DNA from: a bacterium
Lineage (GTDB): Bacteria; DRYD01
Length of the DNA: 64,000 nt
NCBI GenBank assembly: GCA_039630415.1
Contig: JBCNVB010000013.1
Location: 1-64,000, forward strand
Reading direction: 5' to 3'
The notes under the pieces were generated by a model. It had not been told where the DNA came from and did no database searches. It saw nothing but the letters and a program-made list of their open reading frames with translations. The translations under genes and the position numbers were made by a program. The stretch's first letter is position 1. Every line of letters starts with the position of its first letter. This document shows, piece after piece, positions 50,568-61,791 of the stretch.

Positions 50568-51624
50568 CAGATAGAATGGAATAAACTTCTTGAGTGTAAC
50601 TGCTTCTTCCCATTTTTATCCTTATTTCTGAATCCAAAAGCATGGCTACCAACTTACTTGTTGAATAATTTTTATGCTTTATTAAATAGTCTAACTTTCT
50701 GACGAATTTCATTAACATACTTACCCTGTAATGATTCATATTCAGCTTATTAGCTATATGCTTTATGTTTTCCCCAACTTTGTTATATTCATCATGTATT
50801 TTTATGATTGAAACTATTTGGGAATATACTAAACCCCATAGCTTTTCAATTTCTCCATTCATCTCTATTTCATCGAGATAGTTTTTTAAAAGTTTATACT
50901 CTTTTGATATTTTAGGAATATTCTCTATTTCATCTAACTTTGACTCGAATAAAATCTCTAGAAAAAGATTAACTACGTTAAACATGTTTATTTCGCTGTA
51001 TTGAGATATATAAAAAGAAATTGCCTCCTGATCTAGTTCATGTTGAATCTTATCTATTCTACTCTCATAGTCTGATATTATCTGATCTATTATTTTTTCT
51101 GTTAAGATTTCACTTTGTGTTTTGGATAAAACTATTCTAACAAGTTGCGGTATAATAGTTTCAAAAATCTCTGAATTACTATCAAAATTGTACTTTTTTA
51201 TTAAGCATGAAACAAGATGATCTATTTTATCCTCAGATAAATACTGAATTTTATCTATTATTTTGAAGTTTTTCTGTATATATTCTGCAACTTTAGGATC
51301 TTTAATTGAATTTAAAGTCGGAATAGTAATTATTAAATTACAGCTCTTAGTCCTATCTAACATATCTATTACCTTTTTGGAATTATTTTTTTCAACCAAG
51401 GAGATAAAATTGTCCAATACAAATACCAGATTCTTATGAAACAGGGTTTGCTGACAAAGAATTTCTTCAAGCTGCTTTAAACTGTGGTTTTGACAATCAA
51501 CTTTCTTTATAACATCTGCTTTGATAGAATTTACTGTTGAAAAACTCTCTTGTAAAAGTTTTTGTAAAAATTCTCGGTCTAACTCCGTGATCACAAAATC
51601 TCTAGTTAAAATAACATACCTCAT
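50563..51624 (-). CDS. holA: Probable DNA polymerase III delta subunit (divergent)
   Basis: Size 353 aa; QTLFHKNLVFV, NMFNVVN, IANKLNMNHYRV and DSEIRIKMG resemble HolA. Confidence 0.6.
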   Translation of the reverse strand: MRYVILTRDFVITELDREFLQKLLQESFSTVNSIKADVIKKVDCQNHSLKQLEEILCQQTLFHKNLVFVLDNFISLVEKNNSKKVIDMLDRTKSCNLIITIPTLNSIKDPKVAEYIQKNFKIIDKIQYLSEDKIDHLVSCLIKKYNFDSNSEIFETIIPQLVRIVLSKTQSEILTEKIIDQIISDYESRIDKIQHELDQEAISFYISQYSEINMFNVVNLFLEILFESKLDEIENIPKISKEYKLLKNYLDEIEMNGEIEKLWGLVYSQIVSIIKIHDEYNKVGENIKHIANKLNMNHYRVSMLMKFVRKLDYLIKHKNYSTSKLVAMLLDSEIRIKMGRSSYTQEVYSILSV

Positions 51625-52601
51625 ATACGAATTATCAATTGATTTAAAATACAGAAAATCTTTGTGTGCAAATTCTCAAACATTGAAGCTACCGATCTAA
51701 AACAGTTTATACAATCACTACCTGACTTTTCTAGCTCATAATATAAATCCTCTATTAGTGTTGGAGATAAACCTGCAATTAGTTCACTTATCAGATTGTA
51801 TAAAATAATTTTCACATACTCTTTTACCTTCAGATTAATTAAACTACTCTCAAGCAATGTTTGTATAGAGTATTGCTGTAACTCTGTATACTTTGGGAAA
51901 ATATTTTTCTTGGATAACTCAATGGCTACTAGTTCCCTTATTTTTCTCATTCCAAAACTAATCGCCAACTTTCTTGAAAAACCATACTTATTTCTCAACC
52001 AAACAATAGTATTTACCTCTCCTATGTAAAAGTTAAAAATCTTGGGATACAGAAAGTAAAAGAAATCCCCGAAATCTACTAATTCAAAGTTATACTTCCA
52101 ATATCCAAAAACATCCCTCAAAAAATTCTTTTGGTTCCTAAAGTAAGGGGATCTAGGATCAATGAAATTTATTAACCTGATAGTATTAACATTTTTCAAC
52201 AAATAGTATAAATTTTCAATATCCAAAAAATACGGAATATCGTACTTGATATAGTCTTCATAGACTGAAATTTCATACACCTTTTCAAGGTTGAAAGAAA
52301 AGATATATTCCATAATCATGTAAAATATTTCATATTCTTGTATAAGGTTCATATGAACAATCCTTTTAATCAGATAACTATTTTTGTTAAAGTTGATGCT
52401 CATTGTATCTGGATAATCCAGTATTCTATTAGTTTGCTTTGCTATTAAGTACTGCAAGAAAGAAAAAGGACCAAAATAACATATATTTCCATCCCTATCT
52501 AGAGTTACATAACAAGGAAAGATAAATTTCCTTATTATCTGCTTTTTATCAACAAATAGGAAAAATATGTTCTGATTACCTATTTTGATATAGAGATTCA
52601 T
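51621..52601 (-). CDS. Hypothetical protein, probable highly diverged MreB/actin-fold homologue
   Basis: Collinear resemblance to MreB segments (see findings); nucleotide-binding motifs degenerate. Confidence 0.5.
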   Translation of the reverse strand: MNLYIKIGNQNIFFLFVDKKQIIRKFIFPCYVTLDRDGNICYFGPFSFLQYLIAKQTNRILDYPDTMSINFNKNSYLIKRIVHMNLIQEYEIFYMIMEYIFSFNLEKVYEISVYEDYIKYDIPYFLDIENLYYLLKNVNTIRLINFIDPRSPYFRNQKNFLRDVFGYWKYNFELVDFGDFFYFLYPKIFNFYIGEVNTIVWLRNKYGFSRKLAISFGMRKIRELVAIELSKKNIFPKYTELQQYSIQTLLESSLINLKVKEYVKIILYNLISELIAGLSPTLIEDLYYELEKSGSDCINCFRSVASMFENLHTKIFCILNQLIIRI

Positions 52602-53697
52602 GATATTTAAGGAATTCTAATGCTGAAATAGCACATCCTTTTAATTTTGTTGTTCCAGCCCTACCAACTAAAACTATATATGGAGCTTTTCTTCCACACC
52701 TACAACCAAAACTAATAAAACCTACATCAGAAGAAATAACATTTGAGATCGTATAACTACTAGCGTAAGGAGTCATAAAAGAAAGTAAACCTATCTCTTC
52801 ATAGCTATTGAATCCCCTTGTTAAAGGGTTAAAAGTCCTTACTCTTGAATATCTAGGTATATGCTTATTATCATACTCACACTCTACGTATGGTATTCCA
52901 TGTTCTACCATACCATATAAATCTCTTACCTGATTTATTCCTAAATACTCTTTCACTAGTTTCTTGAATTCAGTTACGGATATTTCTTGCTTATGTGTCT
53001 TCCATCCTCCACCTGGTAAAACTACTCCACAAAAATTGAACTTGAGATTTCTTTTTTGAAGTTCTTGAATAGTATAGTAAATATAAGCTGGAAAGCCAAG
53101 AATTCTCAATCCTAAACCACTATCCTGGAATTCTTGAAGCTTCTTAATTACTCCCTCAAGATCAAAGAAAAAGCTATCCCCTTTCTTTTTCAAAGCAAAA
53201 AATTTATCCCTCATTTTTGGTGCAAGTTCAGATAGTAAAACGTCAGAAAATGCAGTCCCTAAACTCAAATCCTCATACGTGAAAAACAAATAATTATACT
53301 CATTCTCTAAATCAGTTAATCCATAATCCTGATAAACATTGAAAACTATCTTCTTTATTCTATTAAGGGTTATTTTATCCAAAACCATTCTTGACGGTTT
53401 TTGGGTAGTACCCGACGAGAAAATCTCAACTTCAATATCCGAAATCAAAAAATCCGCTTCATACACAAACTCCTTTAAAACATAGACACTAATAAACAAC
53501 CTATAATCCCATAAATCTTCTATGCTACTTATGCTTTGTATATCTTTTGTGAATGATTTAGCCTTTAGTAAACCTCTGTAGAAACTAGACCTTGAAATTT
53601 GATTAGATATGCATTCCTTCATACAATCAACAAACAAACTATCATTAAGGTAATCATAATCAAATGGGTTAGAATCAATCAACCTGTCTACAAGCAT
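52576..53697 (-). CDS. LuxE-like acyl-protein synthetase
   Basis: SSGTT, GFP, GGGWK, DLYGMVEHG, GR and KGC motifs. Confidence 0.85.
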   Translation of the reverse strand: MLVDRLIDSNPFDYDYLNDSLFVDCMKECISNQISRSSFYRGLLKAKSFTKDIQSISSIEDLWDYRLFISVYVLKEFVYEADFLISDIEVEIFSSGTTQKPSRMVLDKITLNRIKKIVFNVYQDYGLTDLENEYNYLFFTYEDLSLGTAFSDVLLSELAPKMRDKFFALKKKGDSFFFDLEGVIKKLQEFQDSGLGLRILGFPAYIYYTIQELQKRNLKFNFCGVVLPGGGWKTHKQEISVTEFKKLVKEYLGINQVRDLYGMVEHGIPYVECEYDNKHIPRYSRVRTFNPLTRGFNSYEEIGLLSFMTPYASSYTISNVISSDVGFISFGCRCGRKAPYIVLVGRAGTTKLKGCAISALEFLKYHESLYQNR

Positions 53698-53700
53698 ATT

Positions 53701-54711
53701 TTATTTTCTTTTCTTTTTTTTCTTCTCGTTAGATTCCTGCTTTTTATTTGGATCATAATTTTGTGCTTCTTCTATTTTACTCTTAGCAACCAAGCTATCT
53801 GGTAAAATTTTGAGTATTTCTTCATAGCATGAAATAGCCTTTTGTTTATCATTTTTTTTGTACAGAAAAATATCCCCCATTCTCACTAAACTTATAAATC
53901 CCTGCCCTAATAGATTTGGATCGTACTTGTATGCTAAATCATACGTTTCTACAGCTTTATCTATTTCATTAACCTTTTCATAAGCATATGCAAGTTGGTA
54001 AATCATATCAGGATACTTTATATCGATATAATTTTTAAGCTTGGATATAGTTTGATTGTAATTACCCAGGGAATTCTGAATTTTACCAAAATACTCAAGA
54101 GCAATCGGATCATAACTCTTAACATTAAAGGCTCTGTTTAGCATTGAAATAGCTCTTTCATTTAACTTTTTTTCATAATAGGCAATTCCCAATCCACTGT
54201 AAATACACGCCAAAGTAACTGGAAAAAATAGGCTCTTTCTAAAAGTATTTATAGCTTCATCCAAATAAGCCCCCCCATTATTCGTAGAAAAATACAAAAA
54301 TATATTCGAAAAACCCACTAGCGCAGTTAAATAATGATAATCCTTACTCGTTTCTATTACCTGATCTTTATTCGTAGCATTATATCTTTGAACAAAGGAG
54401 ATATAGGTACTATCAATGTTATTGATTGTTTCCTGAAGTTTATCCAACTGAAAAGAAGAAGCTAAATAAAAAATATAAGCTGTAGTATTGTCAATGTCCT
54501 GGGTTATAATACTATAACAGTACTTCATACATTCTTCAAAATTTTTCGAATAATACAGCTCAAATATTTTATTAGTCTTATATATTTCTTGCTGTACTTT
54601 TTGATCTAATTCACTAGCTCTCAATTGACTTGCTTCTGGAAATATTAAAATATAGAATGTAAAAAAAATCAAGAGAATATACTTAGTGCTTATTTTAAAT
54701 AGCTTTAACAT
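53701..54711 (-). CDS. TPR-repeat protein with N-terminal signal/TM
   Basis: TPR helices; basic C-tail. Confidence 0.78.
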   Translation of the reverse strand: MLKLFKISTKYILLIFFTFYILIFPEASQLRASELDQKVQQEIYKTNKIFELYYSKNFEECMKYCYSIITQDIDNTTAYIFYLASSFQLDKLQETINNIDSTYISFVQRYNATNKDQVIETSKDYHYLTALVGFSNIFLYFSTNNGGAYLDEAINTFRKSLFFPVTLACIYSGLGIAYYEKKLNERAISMLNRAFNVKSYDPIALEYFGKIQNSLGNYNQTISKLKNYIDIKYPDMIYQLAYAYEKVNEIDKAVETYDLAYKYDPNLLGQGFISLVRMGDIFLYKKNDKQKAISCYEEILKILPDSLVAKSKIEEAQNYDPNKKQESNEKKKKKRK

Positions 54712-54749
54712 GCTTCACCCCCGAAGTTAAGCTCGTAATTCGAACAAAA

Positions 54750-56015
54750 TTAAAGATTTCCATATATATATGGTTTGATGTAAGAAATTATTTGCCTTTT
54801 CCTTTGTATTTCATCATGTATATCCGAAAATATCGCTGAAACTGATTGCCTTTTTAAAAGAGTATACGAAGCTAACTCAGTCATAAATACATCGTATAAC
54901 CTTCTGTTATACTCTCCTAAACTGCTTTTTCTAATCCTTCTTAATCTAAAATCTATTAATTCATCTAAAATTTGATAGGACAGAAAACCAGAGGATATAT
55001 CATCTTGAAGAGACTGTCTAAGCAAATTTTTCTCAATATTGAGTGCAAAGAAGTAAAGAGCAATAAAAATAATAAACATTACTGTGATTTGTATTGGAAA
55101 CCACAAACATGCTATGTTGCCAAAATACATAACACCAACTGAGGCAACAAAGTTCCAAATAAAATGTGCTAAAACAGAAAGAAAATACCCCACAACTATA
55201 TAGACAATCTTCAGGAAGAAATTAGGTGTAATGGTAGCTAATCCTACTGCAAAACCTGAAAAAACTGACATTAAGGGATGACTCATAAATCCCAGTATCC
55301 ATCTAGCAAGAACAAGAAAGAAAAATCCCTGCATAGCTCCACCCTGTATTGTAAAATTAGCACCATATAACAAATCTTCTACAATTTTGAACCCCAACGA
55401 AGAACAAAAAATATATACTATCCCATCAAGTGGACTGTTAAAAACAACTCTAAAGAAAATTATTATTACAGGTATAATAAGTAACTTAAAGATTTCTTCA
55501 AAAACAGGAGCACTTATAATACTTGTTAGTATATCACCAACTCTTTCTCCAAATAGAGCACTAAAAATGTACTGATTAATTTCATTGGCAAAGAGAGAAA
55601 ATATGGTTGCCCCAAGAGCACCCCAAATAAACGAAAATACAACTAAACTCCAAGGCTCTTTTTCATATATATCTATTTGCCTTATTAATATTAAAAGTAT
55701 GATACTTACAGTTATAGAAATACCTGCCGCTAATAAACCTAATACTAAACCCAAAAAACCACCACTACTATACCCACGCAACATCAAAAGACTAAAACAC
55801 ATACCACTTATTAAAAAAATAAAAGAAAAAAGCACACACACTATTAGTAACCTTGTAATAAAAGTTTGCTTACTTGATAAGCTGTTTATCTCTCGTAATA
55901 CATCGGACGAAGGAGGAGGTGCAATTTTAGCCTCACTCGATCCTAATAAACTACCACAGTTAGGACAAAAAACATACTCATTTTTTACATAACCCCCGCA
56001 ATTATAACATTTCAT
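54750..56015 (-). CDS. PrsW-family intramembrane metalloprotease with N-terminal zinc ribbon
   Basis: APVFEEIFK, GFKIVED, H and HFIWN motifs; CxxC..CPNCG. Confidence 0.88.
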   Translation of the reverse strand: MKCYNCGGYVKNEYVFCPNCGSLLGSSEAKIAPPPSSDVLREINSLSSKQTFITRLLIVCVLFSFIFLISGMCFSLLMLRGYSSGGFLGLVLGLLAAGISITVSIILLILIRQIDIYEKEPWSLVVFSFIWGALGATIFSLFANEINQYIFSALFGERVGDILTSIISAPVFEEIFKLLIIPVIIIFFRVVFNSPLDGIVYIFCSSLGFKIVEDLLYGANFTIQGGAMQGFFFLVLARWILGFMSHPLMSVFSGFAVGLATITPNFFLKIVYIVVGYFLSVLAHFIWNFVASVGVMYFGNIACLWFPIQITVMFIIFIALYFFALNIEKNLLRQSLQDDISSGFLSYQILDELIDFRLRRIRKSSLGEYNRRLYDVFMTELASYTLLKRQSVSAIFSDIHDEIQRKRQIISYIKPYIYGNL

Positions 56016-56018
56016 ACT

Positions 56019-57155
56019 CTACTCGGTAAATAGTATCTTCCTTCTTCTGGTTAAAGGAGGTAAATCTTCTATATCAATACTGAAAGTAGGTTTTGTATCT
56101 GAAAATCCAAATAATGAATCTTTTTTACTGTCTACTTTAGTTGGAGTCTCTGGAAATTCAGTAGCTATCAAAATTACCTTTACTTCATCTTTTAGATTTT
56201 CATCTAAAGTAGCTCCAAAAATTATTCTAGCTTCTGGATCAACTGCTTGATGAATTATGTTAGAAGCCTTTTGTATCTCGGTTAGTGTTAAATCACTTCC
56301 TCCAATAACGTTAAAAAGTACTCTTTTGGCTCCTTCTACCTTCATTTCAAGTAAGGGACTTTCTACTGCTTTTAATGCTGCTTCTTCAGCTCTATTTACT
56401 CCTTTAGATGTACCAATACCCATCCAGCAACTACCAGAATCCTTTAATATCGACTGAATATCTGCAAAATCTATATTGATTAACCCTGGCTTTAAAATTA
56501 TTTCAGTAATTCCTACTACTCCATGCTTTATTACAGTATCTGCTAGTTTGAAAGAATCTATTAAGGTAGTATTTTCTTCAGCTATGGAGAATAACTTATC
56601 ATTAGGGATAATTACCATCGCATCTAAGTTTGGTTTGAGATTATTAATACCTTCTTCCGCTATTATTTTTCGTATTTTACCTTCAAAAGAGAAGGGTTTG
56701 GTTATGATAGCTACTGTAAGTATTCCCATTTCTTTAGATACTGCTGCGATTATGGGACTTGCACCGGTACCCGTTCCTCCTCCCATACCGGCAGTTATAA
56801 ATACCATATCCGCACCACTTATCACTTTTCTTATTTCTTCTATACTTTCTTCTGCAGCTTTTCTACCTAGTTCAGTATCTGAACCTGCTCCTAGACCCTT
56901 CGTAGTATTTTTACCTATGTGTAGTTTATATATATTTTCGGGTAAATTTAGAAGAGCTTGAGCATCTGTATTTATAGCAATAAAATCGACACCCTTTATA
57001 TTGTCTTGTACCAATCTACTTACAGCGTTACATCCTCCCCCTCCTACTCCTATTACCTTTATATTTGTAAATCTTATATCTTCGGGGTTTATTTTCTTTC
57101 TTTCAATTTTTTCCCCTTTTTCGAAGGATTTATTCTCTATTCTTTCTTTATCCAT
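56019..57155 (-). CDS. ftsZ: Cell division protein FtsZ
   Basis: VIGVGGGGCNA, GMGGGTGTG and NIDFAD motifs. Confidence 0.97.
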   Translation of the reverse strand: MDKERIENKSFEKGEKIERKKINPEDIRFTNIKVIGVGGGGCNAVSRLVQDNIKGVDFIAINTDAQALLNLPENIYKLHIGKNTTKGLGAGSDTELGRKAAEESIEEIRKVISGADMVFITAGMGGGTGTGASPIIAAVSKEMGILTVAIITKPFSFEGKIRKIIAEEGINNLKPNLDAMVIIPNDKLFSIAEENTTLIDSFKLADTVIKHGVVGITEIILKPGLINIDFADIQSILKDSGSCWMGIGTSKGVNRAEEAALKAVESPLLEMKVEGAKRVLFNVIGGSDLTLTEIQKASNIIHQAVDPEARIIFGATLDENLKDEVKVILIATEFPETPTKVDSKKDSLFGFSDTKPTFSIDIEDLPPLTRRRKILFTE

Positions 57156-57156
57156 C

Positions 57157-58077
57157 TTACACCCCTCTTACTTGCATTAGTTGATCTATTTTATCCATAC
57201 CTTTCATTAGTTCTCCTAATCCTTTGTAGTGTTGAGCTATTGTGTAGGGGTCGCTATAGTAGGTTGTAGCAGCTACAATAGCTTTAGCTACTTTTAAAGG
57301 ATTCGAGGATTTGAATATACCAGATCCTACAAATATTCCATCAACTCCGAGTTGCATAGCTAAAGAAGCATCTGCTGGTGTTGCTATTCCTCCTGCTGCA
57401 AAATTTACGACGGGAAGTCTACCTAGTTGAGCAGTCATCTTAACTAACTCAAGTGGAGCTTGTAATTCTTTTGCTTTGGAATACAGTTCATCTTCATTGA
57501 GATTTTGTAGTTCCTTGATTTGCTTATTTATGGTTCTGATATGTTTTACAGCTTCCACCACATTACCTGTACCTGCTTCTCCTTTGGTTCTAATCATAGC
57601 AGCTCCTTCAGCTATTCTTCTTAGTGCTTCACCTAAATCTCTAGCTCCACATACAAAAGGAACGGTGAATTTATGTTTATTTATATGATTATCATAGTCT
57701 GCAGGTGTAAGTACTTCACTTTCATCTATAAAATCTACGCCAATACTTTCGAGTATTTGTGCTTCTGCGAAATGTCCTATTCTTACTTTTGCCATTACGG
57801 GTATTGATACAGCTTCCATTATTTTGAGGATAAGTTCTGGGTCTGACATTCTAGCAACTCCACCTTGTGCTCTAATATCTGCGGGTATTCTTTCAAGAGC
57901 CATTACTGCTACAGCTCCTGCTTCTTCTGCTATTTTTGCCTGTTCTACTGAACTAACATCCATTATAACTCCACCCTTTAACATCTGGGCTAATCCACTT
58001 TTTACTATCCAAGAACCATAATTTTTTCTACCTATTTCCTCCTTACCAAAAGGCTTATCCCATATCGGTATAAACAT
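57157..58077 (-). CDS. pdxS: Pyridoxal 5'-phosphate synthase lyase subunit
   Basis: [19 protein letters not shown] and [12 protein letters not shown] motifs; start set at ATG 58077 after GGAGGT. Confidence 0.96.
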   Translation of the reverse strand: MFIPIWDKPFGKEEIGRKNYGSWIVKSGLAQMLKGGVIMDVSSVEQAKIAEEAGAVAVMALERIPADIRAQGGVARMSDPELILKIMEAVSIPVMAKVRIGHFAEAQILESIGVDFIDESEVLTPADYDNHINKHKFTVPFVCGARDLGEALRRIAEGAAMIRTKGEAGTGNVVEAVKHIRTINKQIKELQNLNEDELYSKAKELQAPLELVKMTAQLGRLPVVNFAAGGIATPADASLAMQLGVDGIFVGSGIFKSSNPLKVAKAIVAATTYYSDPYTIAQHYKGLGELMKGMDKIDQLMQVRGV

Positions 58078-58079
58078 TT

Positions 58080-58895
58080 CTATATACCTCCTATCCACCT
58101 ATATATGTTTAGGCTTATTTCTCCTATAATGTTATTTACCAGATCTCTACTTACCTGCTTGGAGAAACTTGTTAGTATTGTAACTACATAAAAATTACCT
58201 TTTTCTATCGCTTTTTCTATATTGCTTTCTAAAAAAACAATTCCACTATCATGAGATATACCACTTATGTCACCTGTTTTATTTGCAACCAAGACGTCTT
58301 TTAAAAACAGGGGTATTTTCTCTCTATACTGCTGCTTTAATAGAATATCGATAAACATCAAACTATAGTGTTTGCTAAGTATTTCATAATTTAAGAGTTT
58401 ACATAATAATAAATTCATCTCGCTAGCTGTAACGAAATTTACGGGAGGGTTTACTAAATCAACCATAAATTTCCTATTTAAACATGTATTTACCAATCCA
58501 TAGGAATGAATAAAACTATTGATTTCTTCAAAAGAGCAAAGATTTATAAGAGTATTGCTAGCAGTATTATCGGAAACTATTAAAGCTAAAGTTATCAAAT
58601 CTCTTATTGAATAAGCCTTAATAGTTAGATCTTTAACTATACCTGAGCCACCAACTTTTTGATCTATATCTATCACTTGATCGAGTTCAAGTTTATTATC
58701 TTGAACTTTTTTGAGTATGAGTAAGCAGAGGGGAATTTTTACGATGCTTGCTGCTGGAAAAACCATGCCCTCGTTAAATGAAAAAACATTATTACCTTTA
58801 TAGCTAACACATATACCTAGTTGCAAAGGCAAGTTTTTAATGAACTCTGGTATTATATTCTTTGGTGTTATATTTTCAGCTATTTTTTCACTCAT
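58080..58895 (-). CDS. Serine hydrolase of class A beta-lactamase fold
   Basis: ASIVK (SxxK), SDN and KTG motifs; no signal peptide. Confidence 0.85.
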   Translation of the reverse strand: MSEKIAENITPKNIIPEFIKNLPLQLGICVSYKGNNVFSFNEGMVFPAASIVKIPLCLLILKKVQDNKLELDQVIDIDQKVGGSGIVKDLTIKAYSIRDLITLALIVSDNTASNTLINLCSFEEINSFIHSYGLVNTCLNRKFMVDLVNPPVNFVTASEMNLLLCKLLNYEILSKHYSLMFIDILLKQQYREKIPLFLKDVLVANKTGDISGISHDSGIVFLESNIEKAIEKGNFYVVTILTSFSKQVSRDLVNNIIGEISLNIYRWIGGI

Positions 58896-60186
58896 CCAGC
58901 TCGAATAAATCTATTGTATGATTCAAAGCTTCTTCAAATTTATTTACGACGTAGTCTATTTGTTCATAGGAGATTGTATAAGGTGGCTCTATTCTTACCA
59001 CTTTGGGTTGATTTAGCGTGTAAGCCGTTATCACCTTGTTTTGTATTAGGTAAGAGAAGATAGATGAAGCATAATATTCTTCGTGTAGTTCTACACCTAT
59101 CATTAAGCCTCTTCCTCTTACTTGTTTGACTATCTTGGAGTTGGAGATTTGATTTAATTTTTCTAAGAAGTAATCTCCTTTTTGCTTTGCTTGTAGAGGT
59201 ATGTTATTTTGAAGGATGAATATGATTGTGTGTATACAAGCTGTTAGTGCCAATGGATTAGCTCCGAATGTTGATGTATGAAAGAGTGGATTTTGATTAA
59301 AAACTTCCCAAGCTTTGGGATTACTTACTATTGCTCCTATGGGTATTACTCCTCCTCCAAGTGCTTTGGCTAATACTAGTATATCTGGTTTTATCCCATA
59401 TCTTTGATGTTCAAAAAGAATTCCTGTTCTTCCGAGCCCTGTTTGTACTTCATCTATGATAAGTAAACAGCCTTGTTCATCACATATTTTTCTTAACTTT
59501 GGTAGGTAGTCATCTGGGGGTATAATTATTCCTCCTTCTCCCTGGATAGGTTCAACTATGACTGCGGCTGTTTTTGCATCTATTACCTTTTCAATTTGAT
59601 CTATTTTACCGTATTCTACGAAGGATACTTCTAGTAGATTGGGTAGATCTTTTTTGTATACATCTCTACCTGAGACGCTCAGAGCTCCGAGGGTTTTACC
59701 ATGGTAAGAGTTAGTAGTTGAAATTATTTTTGTTCTTTTGGTTGATGCAAGAGCAAGTTTAACAGCTCCTTCTACCGCTTCAGCACCTGAGTTACAAAAA
59801 AACACGTACTTTAGACCAGTAATTTGACTAATTAAGTATGCTGCAGCTGCATGTAATGAACTGAGAAATACTTTACTTGGCATGCATTGTTTAGTCATTT
59901 GTTCTCTGACTTTTTCTAAAACATACTCGTTGTTGTGACCCAACAAAATTGCTCCGTATAGCCCTAAACAATCTATATACTCTTCAGTATTTTCGCCACT
60001 TTGAGCATATATTATTTCACTCTTTGCATGTGACTCTAACTTAGCATACCCTGCTAACCTTATTAACTTTGTTAGACTGGGATTGATATGATCTTGATAT
60101 ACTGATGATATGAAATCTACATCTTTTGATTCCAATATTTCTTGGGTTTTACTTATAATGTCCTGTATTTGTAGCTCTTGTATCAT
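58888..60186 (-). CDS. Class III PLP aminotransferase (putrescine/acetylornithine aminotransferase-like)
   Basis: NSGAEAVE, EPIQGEGG, DEVQTGLGRTG, LAKALGGG and HTSTFG motifs. Confidence 0.9.
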   Translation of the reverse strand: MIQELQIQDIISKTQEILESKDVDFISSVYQDHINPSLTKLIRLAGYAKLESHAKSEIIYAQSGENTEEYIDCLGLYGAILLGHNNEYVLEKVREQMTKQCMPSKVFLSSLHAAAAYLISQITGLKYVFFCNSGAEAVEGAVKLALASTKRTKIISTTNSYHGKTLGALSVSGRDVYKKDLPNLLEVSFVEYGKIDQIEKVIDAKTAAVIVEPIQGEGGIIIPPDDYLPKLRKICDEQGCLLIIDEVQTGLGRTGILFEHQRYGIKPDILVLAKALGGGVIPIGAIVSNPKAWEVFNQNPLFHTSTFGANPLALTACIHTIIFILQNNIPLQAKQKGDYFLEKLNQISNSKIVKQVRGRGLMIGVELHEEYYASSIFSYLIQNKVITAYTLNQPKVVRIEPPYTISYEQIDYVVNKFEEALNHTIDLFELDE

Positions 60187-60203
60187 AATCTATCCTTCTA
60201 TTT

Positions 60204-60674
60204 CTAACCTTCTATTTCTAATTCGAAAGAGGCTTTTACTCCGCCTGGAAGGTTTAGGTTTATATTGTATATACCTGTAGATTTTATTGGTTTTTCTAGT
60301 TCTATTGAATGTTTGTCTATTTTCAAATTGAGTTTTTGCTGATTTAATTTTTCTTCTAGGATTTGAGATATTTTGTCTTTGGTTATTGCTTGGTATAGTT
60401 TACCATCTTTACCTACGGGTAGATTTATTTTTATTCTTTGGTTATCCAGGATTTCTTTTATTTTGATGGAATTTTGTTTTTGCTTTTCTATTTTTCTGGC
60501 TATTACTTTTTGTTGTTCTTGGATAGTTTTGAGTATGCCTGGTGATAGTGAGGTTGCTATTTTTTGAGGTATGAGGTAGTTGCGTGCATAACCTGGTTTT
60601 ACCTTTACGATTTGACCTGCTTTACCGAGGTTATAGTAATCTTTAAGGAGTAACACTTCTACTGCTTTTGCCAT
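60204..60674 (-). CDS. rplI: 50S ribosomal protein L9
   Basis: LGKAGQIVKVKPGYARNYLIP motif. Confidence 0.95.
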   Translation of the reverse strand: MAKAVEVLLLKDYYNLGKAGQIVKVKPGYARNYLIPQKIATSLSPGILKTIQEQQKVIARKIEKQKQNSIKIKEILDNQRIKINLPVGKDGKLYQAITKDKISQILEEKLNQQKLNLKIDKHSIELEKPIKSTGIYNINLNLPGGVKASFELEIEG

Positions 60675-60690
60675 ATTTAACTACCTCCTT

Positions 60691-61791
60691 TTATAGTCTT
60701 TCTCTGTATATTTCTTCGATGTTAGGAGTTGCTATTAAAGCGGAGATTAGTTTTATAGTGTTTTTTATATCTGTTAGTGAGCAGATTTGGTAGGGGGTAT
60801 GGATATATCTTGCAGGTACTGAAATTATGATTACGTTTCCTATGTCTTGTAGTGCTCCTGCATCCGTACTTCCTACATTTGGTTTTTTGAATTGGATTGG
60901 TATGTTGTTTAAAGCTGCTATTTCTTTTACGATTTGCAGTAACCTGGGGTTAGTTATATATGTTTTGTCCATAATTGTGATGACCGGTCCTTTGCCTAAT
61001 TGTGATACATGTTGTTTAGAGAAGGGAGTTTCCGCTGAAGTTGTTTCTATTACTATTATTAGGTCGAATTGGGAATTATTTTGAGCAAAAAACTTTGAAC
61101 CTCTTAATCCTAATTCTTCTTGAACCAGAAAAGCATGAAACACATCAACTTGTGAATCTACATACTTAAGAACATGATAATTAACATAGGTTCCTATTCT
61201 ATTGTCAAATGCTTTACCCACGATCGTTGAGTTTGACATTATCTCTACCTGACTATCTGGTACGATATAATCCCCAACTTGTACATACTCAAAATTATCT
61301 GAGACATCTACAAAAAGATCGGATATATTTTTACCTATACTGACATTTGATAGGTGTGGGGGTACTGAACTAAATACTCCTTTAATATAACCGTACTGAG
61401 TTTTTATTAATACTTTTGTAGAGGGAAGGATATCTACTGACCAGCTACCTAATGGTTCTACCTTTAGATAACTGGGTTCTATTTTTTCAGCTACTATAAA
61501 ACCTATCTCATCAACGTGAGAAGCTATTAGAACTCTAAAATCGGTTTTGTCTATATCTTTTATAAATGTCAAGTTGCCTTTTTTATCAAATATGGAGGGA
61601 ATATTTAGTTCTTGTGTTTTGGAAAGTATGATAGACATTATTTCTTCTTCGTTACTGGAGGGTCCAAACCCGTTGCATAGTTCTATTAATGTATCCAGTT
61701 CTAGAAGTATATCCTGGTCGGTAGTTTGTTGATTCATAATGTTTGGATTTTCTTGGGTTTCTATGTTTTTTTCTTCCATTTTGTCTTTCAT
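60691..61791 (-). CDS. M42-family aminopeptidase
   Basis: SHVDEIG, KAFDNR, QEELGLRG and RYIHTP motifs. Confidence 0.9.
   Translation of the reverse strand: MKDKMEEKNIETQENPNIMNQQTTDQDILLELDTLIELCNGFGPSSNEEEIMSIILSKTQELNIPSIFDKKGNLTFIKDIDKTDFRVLIASHVDEIGFIVAEKIEPSYLKVEPLGSWSVDILPSTKVLIKTQYGYIKGVFSSVPPHLSNVSIGKNISDLFVDVSDNFEYVQVGDYIVPDSQVEIMSNSTIVGKAFDNRIGTYVNYHVLKYVDSQVDVFHAFLVQEELGLRGSKFFAQNNSQFDLIIVIETTSAETPFSKQHVSQLGKGPVITIMDKTYITNPRLLQIVKEIAALNNIPIQFKKPNVGSTDAGALQDIGNVIIISVPARYIHTPYQICSLTDIKNTIKLISALIATPNIEEIYRERL

Noticed and set aside
52576-53697. Bioluminescence operon
   Set aside because: No luxA/B/C/D present
58080-58895. Bona fide beta-lactam resistance gene
   Set aside because: No signal peptide and embedded in a housekeeping run; the fold alone does not show beta-lactamase activity
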